Assembly: GCF_001194135.2 (NCBI RefSeq)
Contig: NC_068990.1
Span: 53,063,545 to 53,127,544, forward strand
DNA: 64,000 nt
Source: Octopus bimaculoides
Taxonomy: Eukaryota
Direction: 5' to 3'
Positions 13,883 to 26,970 of the stretch are shown here, piece after piece. How positions within the stretch are numbered: the stretch's first letter is position 1; each line of letters opens with the position of its first letter. Below the pieces are notes generated by a model. It had not been told where the DNA came from. It saw only the letters and a list, made by a program, of their open reading frames with translations, and did not search any database. The translations under genes and the position numbers were made by a program.

Positions 13883-14574
13883 CAATGAATGGAGGCAGCT
13901 ATGTAACCTTACAGATATAAGAATCCGATATTTTATGCAGAATTTGATAGATGTAAGTGATATTTTGAAATTTAATTATCTAGTCAAATACTGACAATGA
14001 TATGAGGATATTGTTACTGTAAACCCTATTTAAAAATGCATCTGTTTCATCCAAGTGACTTTGGTACTAATGGGAATTGAAAACTACTTTCAATAAAGAA
14101 TGAATGGAACATCCAATAATCACTAGTCACCACAGGGTTCCTTTATTTGGTGTTTTCATTGAATTTCATCATTTAATTGAATTCCATCATTTAACATCAT
14201 CAGTGTTAGTTAATTAACTTTGAAGGATAATGGTATTAAAAAGAACAAAAAAAATCCCCCAAAAAACAACATTAATTTACTGATATAGTTTAAAGGTAGG
14301 TCTCTGCATAATGGTTAGTTTATGAGGGAGAGCTTAATTGTAATAAGAGTAAATAACACTAATTTATGTGTTTGTGACATATTTCCAACTTCTGTTACAA
14401 TTTAGTTTATATTATTTCTAAAAGTTATTGTTATTGAAAACAAATCAACTCACTGAGATATTTCCTACCACCTATTTCAGGTATAATAAACTGTTCTTAT
14501 ATCAGGGATTGCTGTTTATTTAATATTACTTGTGTTATGTATCTTGTTCTAGATGTTCATCATCATCCTCATCA

Positions 14575-14790
14575 TCAAGGTAGCAAACTGGTAGAATCAT
14601 CAGCACACTGGGCAAAATGCTTTGTGGCATTTTGTTCATCCTTACATTCTGAGTTCAAATTCTACTGAGGTCCACTTTGCCTTTCATCCTCTTAGGATAG
14701 ATAAAACAAGTACCAGTCAAACACTAGGGTTGATGTAACTGACTAGCTTCTCCCTCCAGATTTCAGGCCTTGTGCCTATAATAGAAAGTC
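14575..14790 (+). mobile_element. SINE family A
   Basis: ggtagcaaactggtagaatc...ttctgagttcaaattc...actttgcctttcatcc...ggccttgtgcc. Confidence 0.8.
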
Positions 14791-14872
14791 ATCTATGCCC
14801 CTGTGGCTAATTATTATTATTATTATTAGTCAAGACGAAGAGCGCGATTCGATTGAATAGATATTTTATTCA

Positions 14873-14915
14873 TTGAACAATATTTCGACAGGACGTCTGT
14901 CTTTGTCAAGTTCAA
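14873..14915 (-). ncRNA. minimal type I hammerhead ribozyme, U3-A8 core variant
   Basis: Minus strand reads TTGAAC-TTGACAA-A-GACAG(ACGTC)CTGTC-GAAA-TATT-GTTCAA: 6-bp stem I, 5-bp stem II, palindromic AATATT stem III. Confidence 0.72.
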
Positions 14916-15270
14916 AACAAGAGGTGATTAAAAATTCAAAATTTCAGAAATTTAAACGTAAACTATGAATGTATGAATGTATGAGGAGAAATATATTTGC
15001 GGGTTATTAACATCACGCCCTGGAGGAATGAATAAGATGACAGGAGAATATCATCAAATTTATACAAAACTGTTTGATTGAATATTCTTCTTTCTCTCTT
15101 TTTCTTTCTTTTTTTCTTTCGTCTTCCTTTTTCTATTTTTTCTTTCTTTCCGTCTGTTATAAAACTTAAAAACTGATGATGTCATTCCATCAACGTATGG
15201 ACGCTGGTTACTCTCGTTCATAGTTTACGTTTAAATTTCTGATATTTTGAATTTTTAATCACCTCTTGTT

Positions 15271-15313
15271 TTGAACTTGACAAAGACAGACGTACTGTCG
15301 AAATATTGTTCAA
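15271..15313 (+). ncRNA. minimal type I hammerhead ribozyme, U3-A8 core variant
   Basis: TTGAAC-TTGACAA-A-GACAG(ACGTA)CTGTC-GAAA-TATT-GTTCAA; predicted cleavage after AUU at 15307. Confidence 0.72.
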
Positions 15314-15397
15314 CGAATAAAATACCTATTCAATCGAATCGCGCTCTTCGTCTTGACTATTTACCTTCGTGAAGAGTTATGTCAATCCTTTTTAAAA

Positions 15398-15446
<49 letters not shown>

Positions 15447-15660
15447 GTGTTGAGCTGGTAGACTTGTCAGCATGTCAAGCAAAATGCTCTGTTGTATTTT
15501 GTTTGCCTTTATGTTCAGGGTTTAAATTTTGCTGAGGTCCACTTTGTCATTCATTCTTTTGGGGTCAATAAAATAAGTTCCAGTTGGGCACTGGAGTTGA
15601 TGTCATTGACTTGTTCCCTCTCCATAAAATTGCTGACCTTCTGCCCAAATTTGAAACTAT
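15447..15660 (+). mobile_element. SINE family A flanked by (ATT)n
   Basis: Family A body between (TTA)n tracts. Confidence 0.8.
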
Positions 15661-15669
15661 TATTATTAT

Positions 15670-16860
15670 TATTTTCCAGCAGTTTTAGTTTTATTATGTG
15701 CTTTCACTGCACTGACACATGTAGCTCTGTGTTTCTTAGGTACGTGCTGGGGTTTGTTTTAGTGTTGTTATTTCTACCGTATTGAAAGTGTTTTATGTAG
15801 GATGTGTACAGTGCCCCTAGCAGTGCTATTTTCTGTATGTTATATATATTCATAAGTCTTGATGTTTTGGTTATGTATTTGTCTGTATATTTTTAACCAC
15901 ACCTAGTTGCGCCTATTATTGTAGGGATTATTTCTGTCTTCAGACTCCACATTGAGTTTATCTCTACTTCCAGATCTTTGTCTTTCAAGAGTTTTTCCGT
16001 TTCTTTTAGAGATACATTGTCATCTGTTGGGGACTGCTGTGTCAATGAGAAGGCATTGCTTTTCTTGGTAGTCTCTGACAACAATATCTGTCCTATTAGC
16101 CTTGATCACTCTGTGTGTGCTGGCATATCCCAGAGTATGGTTGCTTTGTAATTTCCTGAGGCCTTTTTTGAGCTATGCTTGCACCATTTTTTCTTGTCAT
16201 TCCATAGTGCTGACACAGCTTTGTCATGCCTGTGGCTGTATTTCTTCTTGATCAGGACTGGACAACCAGAAACAGTATGATTTATTGTTTTTTCCCCATC
16301 ACTGCTTTTTCTACAGTTATTGTATTTTTTTTTCATTATATATTTTTGGTGGTTTCTGGCGGGGTGGCTTTGATCATGTGTTGCTATTAAAATTTCTTTC
16401 CTGTTTAATTTATCCTAGGATTTACCATGTAAGGGCTTTTCTTGCAATTGTTTTATCATGATATTTTGTAGTTCCAGTTTTAGCTTTGATTTTAGTTGCT
16501 TTATAGCTTTTGATGTTTCTCCTTTTTCTTCATATTTGTAGGTATTATGAACTTTCCCTTTTATTTTTTGACTTCCTTGAAGGCAGAAAACAGTTTTCTT
16601 GTTTTGCTCATGCTTTGTGGTTATTTGTATCAGCTTTCCTTGGTTCTGAGTTAGATATTTCTGTAGTCCTATGGTGGATATTCTATAATAGTTTTCTAGC
16701 TGTATAAGGCCTTCATTACCTTTAATTTGTTGTTTATATAACCTTTCTGTGTTATATTTTGGGTGGTGTATTGTAAATTCTGTCATTGTTTTTCTTGTTT
16801 TCCAGGCTAGTTTGGTTAGTTCACTTAACATCCAGTTAAGAATATTGTAACTGTAACTTA
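15670..16860 (-). mobile_element. R4/Dong-like LINE 3' portion (REL endonuclease), degenerate
   Basis: HHPKYNTERLY..GLIQLE, KTINHTVSGCPVL (CCHC region), ATILWD and MWSLKTEIIPTIIGA motifs; 3' end abuts (AAT)n on its own strand. Confidence 0.85.
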
Positions 16861-17160
16861 TACCTGGGTCAACTAGTGTATCTTATTTCTCACATTCAGA
16901 TCTGTATTATTTTAAGTATCATTCTAATTTGTCAATTTTTTTCTATATTCATTTCTCACTTTTGTGTGTTGCACTGTATTTATTTCATCAATTATTATTA
17001 TTGTACAACAGATTAAACTATTAAAAAAAAAAAAGAATTCCTAACAGCAGGTTACAACAAGTAACCTTAGATGCCAAGAACCTTTGACAATGTTGCACTT
17101 AACTAGGTTTATGCCTATTTCCTCTATCCATCAGTTTACATCTTAAGGCATATTTCCTAA

Positions 17161-18560
17161 CTAGCAAATCTACCCATCTACGATGAAGGCATAAAATGAG
17201 GGAGGGAAGTCATAACAGCAGTATGTATCGCGAGATATGTAAATGGACTTGATAGATTACTGTGTAGTGTCTTAGAGAAATCACATTATTGTTGGTGATA
17301 CAGCAGTCTATTGTAGCCAAATGATATGTGTTTGCGACTAAGTGATATGTGATGTCGAGTCACTCCCGAACTGAAATAGGCTCCCAGCCTCTGTATCATG
17401 AATTGTTATGTGGACCACTCCTAACAAAAATCAGACTTCCTTTAACCACTACATAAAAAATATTAGGAAAAAATATTATTTAGATATACTTTCAATATGA
17501 TTACAAAACTTCTTTGTGGATGATATTTTCTGTTTGGTTGGCACTAATTTTTAAATTACTGAAGTTTGTTGTTCTATTCATAGCGATGTATAACTGGCTG
17601 TGTGTAAACATTGGTGTGGGTAAAAATACACCTATACGATCTAAAGTCTGGCCCTGTGCCTTGTTTACTGTGTATGTGTGAGCAGAATCTTTAGGGTTGC
17701 AAAAAATCAAGCTAAGACTTACCTCTCACTCTTCTATGTGAATAATGTCTGGATGTTCTGGTATCATGGGTTATTTGGATTGACAAAACTGAGAAGTAAA
17801 CAACAACCACTTCAATTAGCTGTTTTGAATCTGACACTTCAATAACCATTAAATAATCACACACACTATATACTGATGCACACTTTTTCCATTTTATTTT
17901 CGCTATTAACCATCCTCACAAACTCCTTTGTATCTACAATGGGGTCACAAACTGTACAATGAAAATCCAGAGTTACTCTTGGTCGGTGAATTTTTAATAA
18001 AAATGCGAAGGTGGTTTATCAATTCAAAAATCAATATCCACAGAATAATCATGCGTTCTGATTTTTTAATGCCAAAAACCTTCCTAACGACCATCTTTGT
18101 AATCCCCCAAAATATCATAACTATTGGTCCAACCATCTGGCCGTGAGGAGGGAATATGGACAGACAGATGGACATAATGCCCATTGTAGTAAGATAGCAA
18201 ATCTGCTCATCTATGATGGGAAATAAAGGGATAGTATCGCAAATTGAAAGCCTCTAAATTCACGAACTATACGCAGAGAAATCCAGAGTTAATCCTTGTC
18301 GCTGGTATTTTGGAGCCACAAACTGTACAATGAAAATCCAGAATTACTCTTGGTTGACGAATTTTTAATAAAAATGCAAAGGTGGTTTATCAATTCAAAA
18401 ATCAGTATCCATTAAATAATCATACTTTTTCACATTGTTTTCACTAAAAACTTTCCTGATTACCTCTTTTGTAATCCCCCAAAATAGCGTGACCATTGGC
18501 TCAGCTGTTTGACTGTGAAGTGAGAACAGACTGACGAACATAACACCCATTATAGTATGA
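17161..18560 (-). mobile_element. non-autonomous Helitron with helicase remnant and duplicated 5' end
   Basis: CTAG|T 3' end (17161-17164) preceded on the minus strand by a catcgtagatggg hairpin-like segment. Helicase fragment TVNKAQGQTLDRIGVFLPTPMFTHSQLYIAMNR (17501-17710). A|TC 5' termini at 18194 and 18560 on duplicated segments. Confidence 0.82.
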
Positions 18561-18684
18561 TGTACCTATAACTACAGGGATAGTTTTCCATAGCCTCTAT
18601 TACTCAATGGCTAGGTCCTGGTACTTTGCTATTTTCTTTACACCTCTCATATTCACTTTCTCATCATTTGGGATTATTCTTTTA

Positions 18685-19140
18685 TTCTTTTACATGTTTC
18701 AGTCATTTGATTGTGGCCATATTAGAGCACTGCATTAAAAGGTTATAGTCGAAGAAATTGACCCCAGGACTTATTCTTTGTAAGCCTAGTACTTTTCTAT
18801 TTGTCTCTTTGCTGATCTGCTAAGTTTTGGGGACATAAACATTGGTTGTCAAGCGATGGTGGGGTGGGGGACAAACGCAGACAGAAAGACACGTGTACAT
18901 AAATATATATATACATATGTATATACATGACAGGCTTCTTTCAGTTTCCGTCTACCAAATCCACTCTCAAGGCTTTGGTTGGCTAAGGCTATAGTAGAAA
19001 ACAATTGCTCAAGGTGTCACATAGTGAGACTGAACCTAGCGTGACCCCTTGGGCAAGTGTCTTCTACTATAGCCTCAGGCCTACCAAAGCTTTGTGAGTG
19101 GATTTGGTAGACAGAAACTGAAAGAAGCCTGTCGTGTATG
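18685..19140 (-). mobile_element. SINE family B (minus) plus an adjoining partial plus-strand copy
   Basis: tgtttcagtcatttga...cagtttccgtctaccaaatccac...; oppositely oriented partial copy from ~19040. Confidence 0.8.
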
Positions 19141-19152
19141 ATTGTGTAGTTG

Positions 19153-19187
<35 letters not shown>

Positions 19188-19194
19188 CATTATT

Positions 19195-22000
19195 TACTTT
19201 TTATCTACATGTTTCTTACAATCACTAGCTGAGACACACCCAGCATCCTAGGGTGAGTGAAGGATAAGAGATGTTGCAGAATTACTGAAAGCTTGGGGAG
19301 AGGAAATGTCAGGGGCAGTAGCAAAATATCTTCATGTAATACAACATAGACATTTAAATTGATAGGGTTTTTCTAAGGATCGGGCAGTACTTGTCAGCAC
19401 AATCTTTTGGATTTCTCTGAGACATGGTTCTCCTGGGACATTATCTAGATGTTTCTGACATCTATTTCTTATCATACCTAGAGTACCCTCAATAACAGGA
19501 ACAATTCTTGCTTTAAGATGCCACATATTTTGTATTTCAATTTCCAGGTCCTTATGTTTATTTAATTTAATCCTTTACGGATATATTTTTATCAGCAGGA
19601 CCACTTACATCTATTAGTCTACGAGTATATTCTTCCATATCTTTAATGACCATGTCTGGTCGATTAGCCTGGATCGTTCTATTGGTGTTGACTGGAAAAT
19701 CCCAGAGGATAATGACATTTTTACCTTCAACAACTGTTTCAGGATAATGTTCATACCAGTAAGCAGAAGTGCTGATTTTGTAGTGTTTATGTATTTTCCA
19801 GTGTAAATACTGCCCTAACCTATTGTAGCAGCTTTTGTATTCATTTGGTGTCAGCACAGGACATCCTTAGACGAGATGATCTATTGTTTCATCAAATGTA
19901 TCACAGAATCTGTATTTAGGGTCAGAACTGTTTTGAAGAATGTTAGCCTGGTAGTTTTTGGTAAGCAAGCTTTGTCTTGTGCAGCTAATATGAAACCTTC
20001 AGTCTCTACTTTCAGACCTGAGTTTCTCAGCTACTGATTGGTTGTTGCTTGGTCTACATGAGCATTTTGACTTTGAAGTATATACTGTCCATGCAGAGGT
20101 TTCTGGCACCATCACTCCTCAATTTGTTTCTGCCTATTCTTCTTTGAAGTCTGTTTGATCTGTTTTCCTTTTTTTGTGGCAGTGGTTTCGGGTTCTTCAT
20201 CTAATTCAGTGTTAATGCTGAGTTCTCTTGTGAATTTGCAAGCTTTCTTGGCAGTAGAATGTGTTTTGTTGCTGCTTTCATGTTTGCACACAAGCTGCAG
20301 CATCCAGTCCTCTGTACTAGATAGGTACTTGTTCATTGCTATTGTGGAGGACTTACAGCACAGTTCTACCTGCATCATCCCTCTTCTCCCATTACTTCTA
20401 GGTAGGTACAAATGATGAATGTCTGATTTTAGGTGGTACATATTCTTAGATGTTAGAAGTTTTCTCGTCTTTCTATCCAGGTGTTGGAGCTCTGTAAGAT
20501 TCTAGTTAATGATGTTAAAACTGTGTTAGACTACTGGAAGTGCTAGGGTGTTAATGGCTTTGATGCAATTTTTGGAGTTGAGTTCAATTTTTAGTATGAG
20601 TCTTACTCTCCTGTAATACTCCTTTCTTAGTTTGTATATTGTATACCATATCCTTTGTTTATCCCTAGATATTTATAGCTTTCTTGTGGGTCAAGTTCCT
20701 TGGTGGTAGTGTCAGTATCTAATTTAATGGAAGTTGTTTGCTTGAGTTTGCCTCTTACAAAAGTTGCTTTAGCACACTTATCAAGGCCAAGCTTCATCCC
20801 AATGCCATTGCTGAACTCTTTGACATTTGTTAACAGCCCTACTAGCTCTTCGTCATTTTTAGCAAATAGCTTCAGATCATCTGTATAAAGCAGATGGTTT
20901 ACTATAATATTATACACTTTGAACCCATACCGGATGTTACTCAGTTGGTTTGAGAGTGGAATCAATGCCATGCAAAAGAGTAATGGGGAGAGGGAGCCAC
21001 CTTGAAAGATGCCTTGTTTGATGTTGATGTTGTTAGATTGGCTTATCCCATTACTATGGTGTAGAAAGAAACATGTATTCCACTTGGCCATGCTACCTTG
21101 TAAGAATCTGGAGATGACAGGAGAGGTCTTACATATCTCAAGGGCCTTGAGTAGCGAATTATGTGGGACACTATCAAATGCTTTCCTATCGTCTATCCAT
21201 GCCATACTCCGGTTCTACTTTTTGCTCTGGCAATTCTCTACAATCATTTTATTTATGAGTAACTGATCTTTCCATCCATAAGAATTCCTTTTACAAACAC
21301 GTTATTGGTCAGTAGTTCTTTGGATTTTTCGTGTCTTCAGTTTTTGGTAGAAGGTATGTTGTTCCTTTGGTCAGCCAGCTCTAGGTTCTGGATGGCATCA
21401 GTTAGAGATGCAGCAAAATGTTGGTGTACTTCTGTCAAACAATTCAGCCAGACGTTAGGGATCTGGTCCAGTCCTGAGGTTTTCCATTTGGGAGACTTTC
21501 TAAAAACACATCTTAGCTCTTCTATTCCTATTGCCTCCCATTTCTGCTTTTCAACTTCATCCAGTCTCACTTTCTCACATTCTATCAAGTGAGCTTCAGC
21601 ATTATATTCTTTTTTGTTGCTCCATATCTTCTTCCAGAACTCTTCCATTTCCTCAGTCTTGGGTGGCTCCTTTACTTCTATCTCGCTTTTGCCAATTTCC
21701 TTATAAAGTTTTTTTGCATCTATCTTTACCTTGTTTTGTCAATAAAATTTGATTCTTTTGTCATACCCACTGAGCTGTTGGGCTTTCAGTTGTATTCATT
21801 GTTTTACTATTTCCTTGGTTGCAGGGAGGTTTATAAAATCTTTGATTTTATATTTTTGCTTAATTTTTCTGGCTCGTTTCATCTTAATATTTACTCCTCT
21901 AGCAAGTTCATCAAGAACTGATACATCTGTCCACAGACATTTGATCTCTTTTTGTATTGCTGCTTTCTACTTAGGAGGTCTATTGACATGATTGGTCCTT
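19195..22000 (-). mobile_element. R4/Dong-like non-LTR retrotransposon, 5'-truncated, degenerate (RT + CCHC + REL)
   Basis: WIDDRKAFDSVPH, QGIFQGGSLSPLLFC, NHLLYTDDLKLFAK, YKYLG, HLKSDIHHLYLPRSNGRRG, ANRPDMVIKD..LIDVSGPADKNI and MWHLKARIVPVIEGTLG; ends at (TAA)n (19155-19190). Confidence 0.93.
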
Positions 22001-22029
22001 TTCTGTGTCGTCCTGGGGACTGCACCTTG

Positions 22030-23280
22030 CCTTTTTTATCGATAGATTATTTCACACTTCTTGAGTCTGAATTTCCATTCTAATATCAGCACTAAAACAG
22101 TGGACCATGTTCATCAAGAAACTCACTTGTGTCTTATCCTTGCCATACATTTTCAGATTATCCATACAGAGGAGGTGATTGATTGTATGGGATTTTTTTT
22201 TTTTAGCTGATATTCCCAGGTTCATTTTCCTAAGTACCAAGGCCAGAGGATGATGCAGAGAAAAAAAAAAGCAATGGAGATAAGCTATCACCTTGGAAAA
22301 TTCCTCTTATGATGCCCAGGGTGCCCAGGCTTTTTCCATAGGATGTCAGTTCAGTTTTCTACGTCACCATACTTCTCTTCAGAAAACATGTTACATTCCT
22401 TGCAATTCCAAATAGATCTAAGCACTTGATAAACCATGAATGTGGAATCATATCATAAGCTTTTGACAGCCAATCCAGGCCATTCCCAATTTCTTCATGT
22501 ACAATCTTGCATTACCATTTTGTCTATCAATAATTGATCTTTGGTACCTCTGCATCTCCTACAGCTTGTTTGTTCTATTGGTAACAAATCGTTCTCATCA
22601 AGAAATTTGTATAATTCTGCAATTCCTCCTGACAGTGATTTCCACATTAATGAGAAGCAAAAAATTGGCTTGTAATTGTCAGCAGCATTTCCTTTTGATG
22701 CATCCTTCAGACACAACACTGTTTGTCCTTTTGTCAACCAGCCCTGAATTTCTTCTCCATCAATCAATGCATTATATTGCTCTGCTATCAATTTACGGCA
22801 TCTACTGAACTTTTTTTTAATCCAAAATCCCTGTACACCATCAGGTCCTGCTACTTTCCAGTTGCTTGTCTTTTTACTCATATTTCTGATACTGTCTTCT
22901 GTGAAGTGGATAACCTTTTGCTGGGGATAAGAAGTTGTTTGCTTCAGGCTGCAGTGCAATTCAGCTGCAGTATTATGTTGTTCTTGCTTTCTCCATATCT
23001 GTTGACTTTCGTCATCACTAGAAACTAATCTTTCATGTTCTTTATCATCATTAGTCTCTTGATAAAATTTTTTTTGGTTGGTTCTAAACAATTTGTTTTG
23101 CTGGTATTGCTTAATCCATTGTTCAAACCTAGTTAGCTTTGCTTTTTTGGCAAGTATGCACTGCTTCAATTCTTTGATTACAACAGTCAAACCTTTTGTA
23201 TCTATCTACATCATGCTTCTTCCTCATTTTTTTTCAAATTTGTGATTATTCTTCAATACTCCATTTCTTTTCCTGACAAG
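22030..23280 (-). mobile_element. second R4/Dong-like family, 5'-half fragment (pre-RT to RT)
   Basis: NWKVAGPDGVQGFWIKK, ADNYKPI, RGTKDQLLIDK, GIFQGDSLSP and INHLLCMDNLKMYGKD; ends abruptly against the 19195-22000 element. Confidence 0.85.
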
Positions 23281-23414
23281 TATTGACACTGCACTGTTCA
23301 GGGAGTTTATATCTTCTTAAATTCTCACTTTCCACTAAGGTTGTTTATTTCCTCTTCTGTCCGTTGATGTTTTGTTGTCAATTGTTGTTATTGTTTTTTT
23401 TATTATTTTATTTA

Positions 23415-23824
23415 GGCAGTGAGCTGGCAGAATCATTAGCACACTGGGTGAAATGCTTAGCAGTATTTCGTCTGTCTTTACGTTCTGAGTTCAAATTCTG
23501 TCACGGTCAACTTTGCCTTTCATCCTTTCGGGTTAATAAATTAAGCCCCAGTGAATCACTGGGTTTGATATAATTGACTAGTCCCCTCCCCACAAATTTC
23601 AGATCTTGTGCCTTTAGTAGAGAGGACAGTTGTTATTATTATTATTATTATTTGACAAGCTGGCAGAATCATTAGCATACCGGGCAAGATGCTTAGAGAT
23701 ATTTTGTCCGTCTTCACCTTTTGAATTTAAATTCTGTCAAGGTCGACTTTGCTTTTGGGGTTGAGCACAGGGGTCAATGTAATCAACTTACACCCTTCCT
23801 CCAAGTTGCTGGCCTTGTGCTAAA

Positions 23825-23890
<66 letters not shown>

Positions 23891-23990
23891 TAAGGTTACA
23901 AGCTAGCAGAATTGTTAGCATGCATTTTGTCCAGTATGCTATATTTCATATTTCATTCATCTTCACATTCTGAGTTCAAATGTCCATAGA
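23415..23990 (+). mobile_element. cluster of three family A SINEs separated by (ATT)n
   Basis: Three successive heads (ggcagtgagctggcagaatc / gacaagctggcagaatc / caagctagcagaattg). Confidence 0.85.
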
Positions 23991-24599
23991 TTGATTTGAC
24001 TAACCTAATCTCTTACAAAATGTACGCCTTGTCTGCAGGAAATAATTTCTAGTCCTAGAACCCTTATTTTGCTTTAACTGGATCTTGTCTTGGTTTCTTG
24101 TTGTGTATTATGCATTCTGTATGTGTGGAGGCGGCCCTGTTCTAATTTTTATTAATTTATTACATTATATGACAAATTTATTCAATACCAGATTACTACT
24201 GACATTAAGAGGATATAGGTGTGACTAAGAAAGTCACTTCCCAACCTCGTGTTCTTGGATTCTGTCCCACTGTGCAGTACCTTAACCAAATTTCTTCTAT
24301 TATACCCCAGGTCAAGTGGATTTGGTTGATGGAAAGTGAATGGCCGTGTGTGTATATACACATACCTTTGTTTAATTTCATGGTTGTAAATGAGCTGCAC
24401 TCTTGCTCAATGTTGCTTGTTTCCAGTCTTCTGTGAAAAACCTGTCTAGTCATGGGGGAAATATTACCTTATTTCGAAACAGGTGAGGATTGTTAAGAGG
24501 AAGGGTGTCTGACTGTAGAAAGTCTGTCCCTGTAAATTCCATCCAACTCATGCATGCATAGAAAAGTAGACATTAAACGATGTTGAGGAAGATTGAATC

Positions 24600-25480
24600 T
24601 GCCTCCTTTTATCACTTTCTATTTGTAATCTCTTCCTACAAACACTTCTGCAGTATTCCCCTATACACTCTAGGCCAACCCACAACCCACTATTTCAACA
24701 CATTATGGCACTCCATAAACTTTGGTTTATGACATACTCACTTACCACAGGGTGTCCAGGGTATCATACTCCAAGTAACAAGAACAACATCTCATTCCAT
24801 TTTGGAATATCATCTACCATAGGAATGAAGGGACTTTTTTTCCCTTTCATCTTTTCCTAATGCCACCTCACCCTCTTGGTGATTCTACCAGTGTACAGTA
24901 TTCAGAATGCTTTTATAAGAATACTTCAACTTATATTTTATTTCTGTTATTTACAAGGCGTTACTGGGATTAGAGATGGGCTGGTACAAAGGAGAACCAT
25001 GGATGTGGGAGGTGCACTAGAGTAGTTAGCAGTAAGAGCACTCAGGGAATGAACTATTTCAAATGCTCAGAACATTCCCTAAAAGTAGTTAATTGGTGCT
25101 GTTACTCCCAAAAGTACTCAAAAATTAGAATAAGAACAAAGTGAAACAACCTCAGTGTGGGCAATGAAGAAATTCTGTGTGAGTAAATGGAGATTGTATG
25201 ATGGGGTGATTGTTGTGTACAATAACACAGAATGATGATTATGATGGGGCTGTATGTGGAGGATGTGAGAAGGTTGGTAAGGTGAAAAGTTAGTAATGGC
25301 ATAAGTATGGAAGATGGTGACTGTTGGGTAAAGAAGTTGCAAGCAATATAAGTGGTGGATGAACCTGTAGGAGAGGAAGAGCTGGCGAAGGTTGATTTCA
25401 AGAAGCTGAATTCCACAAAAGAGATGGCAAAGAATGATAATAAATGGTGAGGGAGTCATGCAGGGTGACATTCTTCTAAC
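24600..25480 (+). mobile_element. decayed Penelope-like remnant
   Basis: HYFNTLWHS and EQHLIPFWN resemble the end of PLE GIY-YIG ORFs; heavily decayed. Confidence 0.4.
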
Positions 25481-25529
25481 TTATGGAGAGTATACAAAAG
25501 GTATAACAATGATGGAAACTTTATATATA

Positions 25530-25925
25530 GGTGCAAGTGTGGCTGTGTGATAAGAAGCTTGCTTCCCAATCATATAGTTCTGGGTTCAGTCCCACTGCAT
25601 GGCAACTTGGGCAAGTGTCTTCTACTATAGCCTTGGGCCAACCAAAGCTTTGTGAGTAGATTTGGTGAACAGAAACTGAAAGAAACCTGTCATATATATA
25701 TGTATATATTTGTGTGTTTGTCTCCCACACCATCGCTTGACAACTGATGTTGGTGTGTTTATGTCCCTGTAACTTAGTGGTTCGGCAAAGGTGGCCAATA
25801 GAATAAGTACTAGGCTTAGAAAGAATAAGTCCTGGGATTGATTGATTTGTTTGACTAAAATCCCTTAAGGTGGTGCTCCAGCATAGTTATGGTCAAATGA
25901 CGGAAACAAGTAAAAAAGAAAGAAA
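25530..25925 (+). mobile_element. SINE family B
   Basis: Near-full-length match to 2773-3195. Confidence 0.85.
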
Positions 25926-26279
25926 AAAATGTGTGTTTGTGGCATCTAAATTCATAATTTTCTCTCTACAAGAAAACATAAAATAAAAATTAAATTTCTC
26001 TGTCTGGTGACTAAAATTTGAAAACTGTAGATTTGTCTTGTTTTATTAAATTAAGAATCAAAACCAGTAGTAGAAGTGACACTGAATTACAAACATACAC
26101 AAGAAAAATTGAATATATTAATATGATTGTTTGGCTTTTATTAGATTTACTCTATGAGATCTACTAAAATATATGGAATGAAATTTTGAAAATTTTCTGT
26201 TTATTCTAAGAAACAGTAAACTGATATACTTGATGTTTGTATAATTTAATTAGAGACTATTAAGTATTTTTTTAAAACC

Positions 26280-26872
26280 TGTGCTGGAGTTAGTTGATAA
26301 AATCAACTATTCACCTACCTTGCAAATGTATGGCTTTGTGCCAACATTAGAAAGGATTATTACTATTATTATTATTATTATTATTATTCAGGTGGCAAAC
26401 TGGCAGAATTGTTAGCATGCTGGGCAAACTGCTTAGTGGCATTTTGTCCGTCTTTACATTCTGAGTTCAAATTCCGCTAAGGTCATCTTTGCCTTTCATC
26501 CTTTTGAGGTCGATAAAATAAGTACCATGTGAACACTGGGGTTGATGTAATTGATTCATTCCCTCCCACCAAATTGTTGCCCTTGTGGCAAAATCTGAAA
26601 CCATTATCATTATCATCATCATCATCATCATCATTATTATTATTATTATTATTATTGTTGTTGTTATTAAAGCCATAGGCATTAGCATGCTGGGAAAAAT
26701 GCTTAGTGGTATTTTGTCCATCATTACATTCTGAGTTCAAATTCTGCCAAGGTCCACTTTGCCTTTCATCCTGTTGGGGGTTGATAAATTAAATACCAGT
26801 GAAACACTGGGGTTGATGTATTCAACTATCTCCTTCCTCCAAATTTTAGGTCTTGTACCTTTAGTGGAAAAA

Positions 26873-26970
<98 letters not shown>

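Larger units (their letters stand above)
14827..15400 (+). mobile_element. 5'-truncated Penelope-like element with inverted partial pseudo-LTR
   Basis: 143-bp inverted repeats (14827-14969 / 15217-15359, 4 mismatches). The spacer encodes EEKYICGLLTSRPGGMNKMTGEYHQIYTKLFD* (14983-15081), matching the E..I..L.T..P.G(L/M)N C-terminus of PLE GIY-YIG ORFs. Inserted in (ATT)n. Confidence 0.85.

Noticed and set aside
13941-13952. Plus-strand 12-nt micro-exon (tgcag|AATTTGATAGAT|gtaagt)
   Set aside because: Short pyrimidine tract, within the chance expectation, no independent support.
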